A DNA stretch of 64,000 nucleotides from Octopus sinensis (lineage: Eukaryota). A model generated the notes under the pieces. That model was not told where the DNA came from. It searched no databases and saw nothing but the letters and a program-made list of their open reading frames with translations. Shown here piece by piece: positions 53,697 to 64,000 of this stretch. A program made the position numbers and the translations under genes. The stretch is taken from assembly GCF_006345805.1 (NCBI RefSeq), contig NC_043008.1, positions 76,136,001 to 76,200,000 on the forward strand. Direction: 5' to 3'. The number at the start of each line of letters is the position of its first letter. Within the stretch, counting starts at the first letter, position 1.

Positions 53697-54380
53697 GTGA
53701 TCAGAAGATTGGTAAACAGAAATAAGCAGTTCGAGGAGAACAGATTATTCAAAAATAACTCGAAGCTCTTCTTGAGACAATGGAGAATATATTGCTCCTG
53801 ATGCAAATCAAGCCAAGGAATTCAGGAAGCAGTGTGGTACATAAAAGGGAAGCAATGTGAATAGGGACTATCAAGACAGAACTACAAGGCGGAAAGAAAC
53901 AAAGGAAAATTGGTATAAGCACGGGTAATGTGAAAGAACATGTGGTTGAAGTGCCTAACCTGAAAGCTCCCGGACCAGATGCGATTCATAGCGTCTGGCT
54001 GAAGAGACACCACGCGATGCATGAAAGACTAGCAGCCCAATTGAATGAGTGTGCCCCAAAAGATACAGTCCCCGCGTGGATGGTTACTGGGAGGACAACA
54101 GTTGTAACACTTCTAACGAAAAATAGAACAAAGGGGAATATTTTGGGAAGCTACAGTCTCATAGAATGCCTAAGAATAATCTGGAAGATATTCACTGGAA
54201 TATGTGCTGCGAACACATACATTTTCCAGGAACAGGGAGAAACACTATCAAGGGAACAAAAAGGATGTAGGGAGTGTTCTCAGGATACAAAGGATCACCT
54301 GTTTTGAGGAATTGTAGATAACATCATGCAGTCATGACAAAGGCTTCGATTGACTTTAAGAAAGCATATGATATTATAGC
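53697..54380 (+). mobile_element. R4/Dong-like RT N-terminal fragment
   Basis: Follows (AAT)n; KAPGPDAIH..WLK, PAWMVTGRT, CLRIIWKIFTG, EQKGC...TKDHL, DFKKAYD-like remnant. Confidence 0.82.
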
Positions 54381-54405
54381 GGAGCTTAGTGAAATTCATC
54401 CTCTC

Positions 54406-54453
<48 letters not shown>

Positions 54454-54479
54454 ATATATAACATAAATACGGACGTAGC

Positions 54480-55220
54480 AGATAACAGCCAACCTTTGGT
54501 CGCTTAGGCCCAGTTGTGTCCACTACTATGAATGGTTGGTTTTGGTGCAGTTTGTCTCTTGCTTTATTTCGCGCGACCCAACCAATCGCAGCCTTCTGAT
54601 AAGGTCCCGTGTCACTGCATTTCTAAAGCTCTGTTTGAGACTACAATTTCCTATAAAATACAGCGATTCATCGAATCGCGCGTCTTTGGTTCTCCAACCA
54701 CTGACCACAGAGCACTGAGGCAGTTCCCGCGACGCAGCCATGTTCCAGCGACAGACAGCCAGTTCCAGCGAACGACAACGCCACCAGCAGTATTCAGGAC
54801 CTTCACTATCGACGCGTTCATCTTAACGTCACCTTCAATCTTAACGTCGTCTCCAGATCGTTGCCTTCAGTTTATCGACGCCACCAACATCAATACGTAC
54901 ACAGCAATCTGCTCAGGTTTAACTTCACGCTGTTTGTGAATACTCACTAAGGTTAACAGCTAGCTCAAGCTGCGAGATCCTTCTGTACCAAGTAACCCGA
55001 CACAGCATAGCACCAAAACCTCTACACGCGTACTAACCGGCTCTGCTTTGTGACCTCTACATCTTGTAAGGATTCCAACTATTGTGTATCTCACTACGAA
55101 CTGGTATTTAACTTCATCTCGTGTCTGAAATTCTAACGTCCTGATGTAAACACTTTCTATGCGCTGTATTTTATCTCACACGCATACTCCTTGTTTGTAC
55201 ACACTTATACATTATTTTAT
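54480..55220 (+). other. GC-richer LTR-like or promoter-like block
   Basis: ccaatcgc (~54581) and cctataaaa (~54650) in CCAAT-TATA spacing; no coding motif and no partner copy seen. Confidence 0.3.
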
Positions 55221-55233
55221 GCTTGACGGCCTG

Positions 55234-55645
55234 TCAATACCACAGATTTGCTTGTCAGTTGTTTGACCGAAACCAGTTGAGCATCTCCCTTAGTGGCTGA
55301 CGATATGGGCATCTCTGATCACGAGCAGAAGTAGTTGGGGAGTATCATAGCCCTGTGTTAAGAGGGATTCTTTGGGGTTTGAATAATACACCTCTGGAAA
55401 CATGGGTGTTTCGTTCAACATCCTTAAACAACCCTTATTCAAGGACCTTTTGAGCGGGATGGCTACTCGACCAGAAAAAAATTCTAACTGAGCCCTACCT
55501 GCAAGGCCATGCACTGCTTAATTTGCACATATGGTTGTGATGCATGTGCCTGGTGTAACCTTATAAGACAGGTAGTCATGATGGGTATACTGGGCTTCGT
55601 ATATTTTACTCTAGTGTCACTTTGATGGCATGCCCTGCTCTCTCA

Positions 55646-55648
<3 letters not shown>
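55234..55648. mobile_element. Family C repeat, partial
   Basis: Matches the adjacent full copy; ends in (AAT)n 55649-55727. Confidence 0.9.
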
Positions 55649-55727
<79 letters not shown>

Positions 55728-55730
<3 letters not shown>

Positions 55731-56284
55731 GCCCTGATGCAGTATCAGGCAGTGGCTCTCATGGCTTCTGATCTTAACTGATTGAAAGTGTTATCATGTA
55801 CATTGTTTTGTCTTGGTATAAAAGATGGGCTACAGCAAATATTCTGCTCAATACCACAGATTTGCTTGTCAGTTGTTTGACCTTAACCAGTTGAGCATGT
55901 CCCTTAGTGGCTGACGATATGCGCATCTCTGATCACGAGCAGAAGTAGTGGGGGAGCATCATAGCCATGTGTTGAGAGGGATTCTTTGGGGTTTGAATAG
56001 TTCACCTCTGGAAACATGGGTGGTTCTTTCAACATCCTTAAACAACCCTTATTCAGGGACCTTTTGAGCGGGATGGGCTACTCAACCTGAAGAAAATTCT
56101 AACTGGGCCCCACCTGCAAGGTCATGTGCTGTTTATCTTGATATGAGATCACCATGTCGCGCACATATGGTTGTGATGCATGTGCCTGGTGTACCTTTAT
56201 CAGACGGGTAGTCATGATGGGTATATTGGGCTTCGTATATTTTACCCCAGTGTCACTTTGATGGCATGCACAGCTCTCTCACTC
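55728..56284. mobile_element. Family C repeat, apparently full length (~557 bp)
   Basis: aatgccctgatgcag...gctctctcactc, with (AAT)n on both sides. Confidence 0.9.
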
Positions 56285-56299
56285 AATAATAATAATAAT

Positions 56300-57050
56300 A
56301 ATCTCAAGACGGTTACAAAACCAGTGACTGTGGGAGCACTTGAAATGACCAGTAAAGGAACAATAATTAGTTGTGAATGACCCATGGATTACCACTCATA
56401 CAGGGAGCACAAAAGATAATATTAAGTGTTAATTGCAAACGTAAACAAACGTTATACGTAAAGAAAGAATGGTGGCAGAGGACTGAGTAGAATAGACCAT
56501 TGTATAAGGGACCATTATATAAGGAGTGAAAGAAGAACGCTTGCCGAGTATATGGGAAATAGTGACGAAGATCTGCCTCAATATATTATTGATAACTTTA
56601 AATGCCATAGTTAGAACGATGGTGGTAATGATAATCTCTGTGGTTATGGAGGCGACTCAATGCAAGCATGTTATTTAAATATGTGTGTTTGTACATACAT
56701 GTGCACGTGTATATATAAAGAAAGAAAGGAAGAGAAGGATGGGATCTCAATAACAACTCTCGTGGGAACCCCACGAAAGATTTAACGGCGAGAACGAAGC
56801 TGTAGCCGATCATGGTGAAGGTTTCCTGCCCGGCATGTTCGAAACCGCCCGCATCAGGGGCAGTGATCTGTTCTCGGATTGTCGTTCTGTTACAACAGAT
56901 CACATACATGGTGTGCGCAGAAGCAAACATAAGTGGACGAAGGAAGAGTACGATACACTTATTGAATATCATGAAAGAGCAAAGCTGGATAGAAGTCGTG
57001 GAGTATGCCGACGTACCTTGAAATTTTGGATGGAAAATGACATGTGTCCA
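56300..57050 (+). mobile_element. R4/Dong-like fragments including an N-terminal Myb-like motif
   Basis: PVTVGALE; RKNGGRGL; KHKWTKEEYDTLIEYH...RGVCRRTLKFW. Confidence 0.6.
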
Positions 57051-57352
57051 GTGTCTTACCACCTTCCTTCTTCACTCCCGCTTTTCATCGCCATTTTCAG
57101 TGTTTAATTTCTTCGAAGCAAATTTTCGAAGAAATTTGAAAACACAAAGGTTTGTATCACCCCAAAAATGGGGCTTTGGTTAACAAACGTCACCTCCACA
57201 CACACACCCCAGATGGGAAGCTAGCTTGCAAAACGAATTAAACAACGAAATGCAGTATAGAAACTTTTAAACAATTGAATAAGTCTTAAACTTACAGCGC
57301 TCGAAAAACACGCTGCCAGCTATGACGACAATAACAACAACAACAATATTAA

Positions 57353-57426
<74 letters not shown>

Positions 57427-57541
57427 TCGGCATGCACTGTTGTCTTAATAATAACAAAGTGAATATTATTCTATAGTGATAGAACTGTTATAATGCCGAC
57501 AGACAATCTCAGAATAAATCCATATATAACACAAGAATATT

Positions 57542-57739
57542 GGTTTCAAATTTTAGCACAAATCCACCAATTTCGGAGAGACGGTGAATTTGATTACATC
57601 GAACCCATTACTCTACTGGTACTTACTTTAAGGAGAGCGAAAGGATGAAAGGCAGAATTTAAATTCAAAACGTAAAGATTGACAAAATGCCGCTAAGCAT
57701 TTTTCCCAACGTGTTAACGATTCTGGCTGCTCGACACCT
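57542..57739 (-). mobile_element. SINE family A with 19-bp TSD
   Basis: tatataacacaagaatatt at 57523-57541 and 57740-57758 flanks the copy. Confidence 0.88.
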
Positions 57740-57756
57740 TATATAACACAAGAATA

Positions 57757-58148
57757 TTCTTTTCTACTCTAGGCACAATGCACGAAAATTTTGGGAAGGG
57801 TGCCTGTCGATTAGATCGACCCAGTACGCAAATGGTATTTAATTTATCGACCCTGAAAGGATGAAAGGAAAAGTCTACCTCGGCGGAATTTGAACTCAGA
57901 ACGTAGCGGCAGACAAAATACCTATTTCTTTACTACCCACAAGGGGCCAAACACAGAAAAGACAAACAAGGACAGACAAACGGATTAAGTCGATTATATC
58001 GACCTCAGTGCGTAACTGGTACTTATTTAATCGACCCCGAAATGATGAAAGGCAAAGTTGACCTCGGTGGAATTTGAACTCGAAACGTAGCGGCAGGCGA
58101 CATATTGCTAAGCATTTCGCCCGGCGTGCTAACGATTCTGCCAGCTCA
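57757..58148 (-). mobile_element. SINE family A, dimeric
   Basis: Same monomer junction as 3669-3992 (gacaaaatacc|tatttctttactacccacaagggg). Confidence 0.88.
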
Positions 58149-58759
58149 TTGTTTCTAAACTATCAATTGAACTTACAAAATAGAGTATACGAAAGTAAAA
58201 GTTATAAGGTTATAAATAGCCAGACACCTAGTCATCTCAGCAGCTTCGGTCTACTTTCACCACTTAGATAAATAAGGCAATGTTTTTCTAGAATTGTTCT
58301 AAGTAATTATAAATACAAATAGTTATTGTTTTCTGCGTAAGCTTATGGGGGTAAAAGCGATATTCGAGTAGTAGCTTAATGCAATATTGGGTTAAATACA
58401 ATGTTCGGCTTTGTGTAAGTTTAAAGTTCAAATGACACTAATATCTAGGCTTCTATTCATCATTCCTAGGTCGATAAAAATAAGCGTTATACATGTAATT
58501 CGTGTAGTTAAATCAAGGCAAGGAATTCAGTAACAACAATCACACTTAAACGTTTGCTGCAGTGTATTTCATTAACATTTCAATGTTTTTGTTTTGACAA
58601 ATTCACTGGAATATTCACCTTGTATGTAAAGCCTCAAACCGTGTCTGACGCATTCAAACACACTACTTTGGAGAAATAATTTCACAAACATCTGTTTATC
58701 GCTGCATTCTCTAACCGCTGCTTTATCCTCACTTTTAACACCCTACTTCTTTCTCTAAG

Positions 58760-58930
58760 TATGTCTAACTCTGTCTTTGAATGCATCTCTCTCATCTCCC
58801 CTCTCTCTCCTCTTTTTATCTCTTTTTGCGCTTTGTTTCTTCTTCTACTCTCTCTCCTTCTCTCTATCTGTCTGTCTCTCTCTCTCTTTCTTTCTCTCTC
58901 TCTCTCTCTCCCTCTCTCTCTCTCTCTGTA
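58760..58930. repeat. (TC)n-rich low-complexity tract
   Basis: Directly visible. Confidence 0.9.
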
Positions 58931-59825
58931 CATTGTTTTTTTCTATTTCCCTTACTTGGTAACATTTTCCGTTTCTTTCTCTTACTCTTTTTTTCTTAAT
59001 TATTTTTTACCGCTTAATAAAAACTATTTCCTGGCTCCTCTCTTACTCTCACTTAGTTCATTCGTCTGCAAAAAGACAGAAAAACAAGCAAAGTAAGAAA
59101 TGGACTGGGCAATAATGCGACAGAAAAAAATGGAATGGAGATACACCGATAGAGTCACAAAGATTAACGCACGCACACCCACACACTCCCCCGTACCTTC
59201 ACACACACATGCACACAGAAGCAGACACATAGACACACACAGATACACACAATCAAACAGCAGCATATACACACATTGACACATTCACAAACAGAAATGC
59301 ACAATTACACAGATCCATAGACACATACAAGGACACAGAAACATTTAGACAGATACACAGTGAGACTCATAGTAACGCTAACATACATAGAAACTCACAA
59401 ACACACACGAAGAGACATATGCAAATCCACACATACACATATACTGTTACGTACTCACCGAGAAGCCTGTAGAGATAATCAGAGACAAACATATACACAA
59501 ATATTCAGACAAGCTAATATAAAACAGGTTAGATTACCTTCCAGTCCATAAAACTGACAGAAAATAAAAGACTTGATTTGTAGGAAAGTTGTAGCAATGA
59601 GCTTCTTATTTAGTTAAAATAAAAAGTCTACCCAACAGCAACTGTCAGAACTTCCCATTTTCCTAAAATATTAGGCAGCTTAATGATTACTCCAGTTGAC
59701 ATACTGTGTGGAGTCAATTTTATCTTATGTATAGTCAAAATATATGTATGCGTATATATGAGTGTGTATGAATTATGTATATGTATGTGTTTATGTTTGT
59801 ATGTGTGTGCGTGTAAGTATACATA

Positions 59826-61339
59826 CACCCAGGACCACGCTAATAGCTTAGGGGTGAAATTTAGGATTTATGGGTTTTCTGTGAATCGATTTTGATAACA
59901 AATTTCGCAGCTGATTTGAACAGTGCGGCAACACCATTGTTATGTTTTCATTATTCTGTGTAGCGCCCTTTCTTCTTTATTTCAGGTTCTTCAGATTTTG
60001 GGTGAAACACGCTAAAAGCTTTTGAATGATAATAGCCCATCTAGACATTGTTTTTTAAGAAAATGAAGGATAATGATACATATTAAGCATACAGAAAACC
60101 ATAATAATATCATAACATTTATTGACATAATGAATTATTTAGCCACATCAGCGCCATTTCGACGGATATATTAAAAAAACTTATTAGTCATAGAATCTGT
60201 CAATTTCTTAATTGTAGCAAGCTGGATTGCTTCTGCTGCAGCTTTGATGGTCGCCCATAAGACATCATTCGGCGTAAATTGGCGTCCATCGGCATAAACG
60301 TCTTGTTTAATGATAGGCAAAAGATTTTCGATAGGGCTTAGATCCGGAGATGTTGGAGGCCACACCATCAACCTTTCACCTTGTAGGCAATAAGACCCAA
60401 TAATGTTTGGGTGGTTCTATCAGTGAGAGAGTGAGCGTTGTCATGCATGAATACGATATTCCTTAGAAGTGGTAGCAATATGTCATGTAGTCAAGGGTCC
60501 ACGACCTACTTCAGGAGATTCCAGTAGACGGTTGCGGTCACTTTAAACCCTTCAGGCACCCTGACTGGGCAAACAAGTCTGTCCACAATGACACCAGCCC
60601 ACAACATGACTCCTCCACCCTGTTGTTGATGTCGTAATCGTTGGTGACACTCATCTCCAAAATAGACCCAGCCATTTGCCCCACCGTCGGGTCCGTCAAG
60701 GATCGCCCTGGTTTCATCAGTGAACAGTACACATCTCATGTCTAACGTCATGTAAACTTCAAACTCCTGTGACGTTAAAGAAAGCTGTTTTAGGAGTTCT
60801 CGCACCGAAGCCATGGTCGCGGGGATGCAATTTCTGGTGTTTTTTGGTACATTAGGAAGTCCAGAAACCATGAAAATGGCTTTATGTGTTTGTCCAGATC
60901 TCCAACGTAACTTGCAGCCAATATTCCTTAAATTCTTAAATACCACAGTCTTCGAGGTCGCACAATCGGATCGTTTCTTCCTTGGCGATGGGTCATTCAG
61001 GAATCGTCTAACATTATCCACATAATGACCTAACAACTTCTCCGCAATGACATGAAGAGAGGTGCCTTTAAGCACTTCCCTTGATGATGACAGACTTTTC
61101 TTCATCATTAACGCCTTTGCCATGTCCAATTGTTCTCAGAGAGGAAAGACGCTATAAGCGTGTTTCACCCTAAAATTTAAGAAGCTGAAATAAAAGAGAG
61201 GACGTTACACAGAATAATGAAAACAGAACAACTGTGTTGTTATAGTGTGCAAACCAGCTGAGGAAAATTTTATTAAAATCGATTCATAGAAAACCGATAA
61301 ATCTTAATTTCACTTCTAAGCTATTAGCGAGGTTCTGCG
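59826..61339 (-). mobile_element. Tc1 transposon with ~190-bp TIRs and frameshifted transposase
   Basis: TIRs ~59826-60016 and ~61152-61339 (gctaatagcttag..gtgaaat...gggtgaaacacgct), TA at both ends; LFTDE, GGGVMLWAG, FMHDNA, WPPTSPDLSPIENL. Confidence 0.93.
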
Positions 61340-61353
61340 TATATATATCACAG

Positions 61354-61479
61354 AAAATGAGATAACAAAGCCAAGGTTGTGAGGAGTTTTCAGGACATTT
61401 ATAAGGGAAAATATATAGATGTAGTCTTACAGCTGTTTCCTGAAACCTCCTCACAGCCTTGGCTTTGTTATCTCATTTT
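61354..61479. repeat. 42-bp inverted repeat (2 mismatches) with 42-bp spacer
   Basis: 61354-61395 versus 61438-61479. The minus strand across the spacer/arm junction reads GAAACAGCUGUA, a hammerhead 3' half. Confidence 0.9.
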
Positions 61480-61628
61480 GTCAAATATATATATACGCAT
61501 GCTAATACAAGACCCACATTATACTCCTCGCTTGTATCACTATCGACCAAGAGTTTAACTACGGTCTGTCCATAGCGCTTACTTAGCGTTACCTGCCACC
61601 CTTTGGGACTTCTAGATACCAGTACCTC

Positions 61629-61695
<67 letters not shown>

Positions 61696-61708
61696 ATGTG
61701 TGTGTGTA

Positions 61709-61714
61709 TAGATG

Positions 61715-61776
<62 letters not shown>

Positions 61777-61801
61777 GAGATAGATAGATAGATAGATAGA
61801 G

Positions 61802-61890
<89 letters not shown>
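61709..61890. repeat. (GATA)n microsatellite, preceded by (TA)n/(TG)n
   Basis: Directly visible. Confidence 0.97.
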
Positions 61891-61892
<2 letters not shown>

Positions 61893-62454
61893 CATAAAAT
61901 TTTATATTCACGTATCCACCTTGTCGTATGCTTATAAAACCCCGTTCACCGTATTCCGCCAACTGATATCAACAACAACATGGAGAGAGATGATATTGGA
62001 TGTACTCCAGGAATTTCTTTGTGTCCGTAGAATTTATAAAATATATGAGAGAAAGCAAATAGAAACACATGACTCTTTATTCGTAGCCACTATACTCGTT
62101 TCGATCGATGAGATGAGATGCTATACAAAGAGTTTTGATCCATCATAGGTGCATAAGGAACCAAGAGATAACGGATACTTCTTCGCAAGTAAGCAATAGA
62201 ATAAAGTATACAACGATTAAAGAATATAGAATCAAAGGAATAATAAATTAATGAAATAAAAGGTAAATCACCGATAATAAGACACCGAGGGAAATAAAAA
62301 GATATAAATGAGATCAGAGTATAACAAAAATTGAACAATCGAACATTTATAGTGACTTTTACATTTCATGAAAACAAATTATCTAACATATCCATATAAA
62401 CATATATGTTTACACATATGAGATCGAGAGAATTTTCATATAGAAAAAACTTAG

Positions 62455-62600
62455 TAACGCTCTTCAACATCCGAGATATTTTGCATCGAAAATTCACCCC
62501 CTCCAGGGCCAGACCGTCAATCAAGAGTTCTACTGCGAAGTTTATTCGTTAACTTGTGTGGAACATTCAGAACTCCGGAGATTATGGATGAGTTGATGTT
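62455..62600 (+). mobile_element. Mariner transposase fragment
   Basis: FNIRDILH...QGQTVNQEFYCEV matches the mariner catalytic-domain pattern (FFD..GIVH.EF.P.GQTVN..FY.EVL). Confidence 0.7.
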
Positions 62601-63829
62601 TGATGTTGGTGGCCATTTCTCCTATACGACGGGAAATTGTTTTATTATTAAGTGAAATTGTCATGATAACTGTATCAAGCTTTTTATGCATTACTATCAG
62701 GTCGAATTAATATGTAAGTCATACCGACCATGCGACCAGTAACGTAATTTTGTACGACGCAATCATCCCGTTATTTTCCGGCTTTCTGAAATTTTGAAAT
62801 CAACGTTTTCCGCTTTCGAATGAAGTTGTAAAAAAATTGACAAAGCTTTTTCCTTCTGGTCAGGATGTTTAGAATATAAATGATATTTTAAGCGTGAATA
62901 TTTCATGGTTTTATTGTTTAAAGTTTAGTCGCACACAAGTAATTTACTCTTCTGAGGTGAAGCAATAAACCCATAAGACAATTAATCAATGCGATATTCA
63001 CGTCAAATTTTCTTAATTGGAGACATTTGAGTATTTTAAAATCCTAAAATACAAGTAAGTAGTAGGGACAACCAAATGTTTTTAAACAAGTTATACTATT
63101 ACTCGAAATCTGTTTTCAGTAATCCACAAATACGAGAGTGCTGCAGTCGCTTGGTGATCAATACAATCCAAGAACTTCAATTGGCTGTCTGTTTATATGA
63201 GCATGTGCATTGAGCTGTGGATAGGTCCCTTTTTGGGATTTTCATATTTTGTCTTGTTTTCTGCACCCCCGTGTATCAATTATATAAGTGATCTCTCGGT
63301 ACTGGCGGTGTGGATGAGATTATCCCGAGCTCATTTCTTACGACTACTGGCAAAGTTGTTCTTGGTCTTCCCTTATATAATCTACATTTTAAAACAAATG
63401 CTGTTTAGTCCGAACTAACTAAATCTTATTGAGAATGCTATTATGGAAGCTCATAGTATGATAACTGTATAATAACTGCATACAATATAAAATCATAATG
63501 ATATTTATTCTCCGATTTTGAAGCGACAATTTTTCAATATAAACAAATAACCGAAAAACGATGAGCTAACGTCAGGCTGAATCGAACCCACAAATTGATG
63601 CCTTCATGCGAATTTGATTGGCCAAACGCTTGCCCATTAATTTCAGTCAAATTTTAGTTAATACATACTTAAACTGTTTTAATACTACATAAATAATATT
63701 TTTATAAACAGACCCTTTGATTTTTTTTTTTAAGTAGCATTTGATAAAATAAATTCTTAATACTCAGATTCCTATATCACCCACCGTTTTCTGTTTAGTT
63801 GTTCATCACACATCTAACATTTAAAATCG

Positions 63830-63970
63830 TTTTTCATTATGGAAGATGATTTATTGGCCTGCAACAATATTAATGGTCAGATGGAAGGTTTTGGTATTGG
63901 ATACGAAGCCAGTCACTGGAAGCTGTTCATAGATTCATCAAAATCTAGTCTAAAAGGCGTCTTGCAGCAT
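63830..63970 (+). mobile_element. Chapaev-like transposase fragment, N-terminal to the part seen at 46787
   Basis: EDDLLACNNINGQMEGFGIGYEASHWKLFIDSSKSSLKGVLQH (W.LFIDSSK.SLK.VL.H motif). Recall-based. Confidence 0.65.
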
Positions 63971-64000
63971 TAGCTTTTTTTAGTTTCCGTCTACCAAATC

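Noticed and set aside
55900-55960. CUGACGA in family C as a hammerhead core
   Set aside because: No properly placed GAAA or paired stem II.

Overview
Eukaryotic, AT-rich, microsatellite-dense genomic DNA. The SINE/LINE repertoire suggests an octopod cephalopod, which is inference from recall and not a search. Only one intact host gene is visible: a single-coding-exon class A (rhodopsin-like, neuropeptide-receptor-type) GPCR at 16037-17260 (+). The rest is mostly transposon debris: a Penelope-like RT relic, a Ty3/gypsy element split in its protease by two tandem ORF1-only (gag-knuckle) elements, CR1/L2- and RTE-type LINE pieces, a 44-57 kb nest of R4/Dong-like elements in (AAT)n/(GAA)n tracts, mariner, Tc1 and Chapaev-like DNA transposons, and two tRNA-derived SINE families. 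There are possibly three decayed BTB-BACK-Kelch pseudogenes. The most interesting signal is non-coding. At least four unrelated sequence families carry type I hammerhead ribozyme folds with short or palindromic stem III (944-1004 +, 27741-27841 +, 28956-29001 - with 29334-29379 +, 40605-40694 -), mostly inside fold-back inverted repeats next to (TA)n. One is a ~530 bp palindrome with a central tRNA-like Pol III head, a candidate SINE/retrozyme hybrid. Another has one catalytic core flanked by two GUC sites 93 nt apart. All ribozyme folds and degenerate translations were derived by eye and need computational confirmation.
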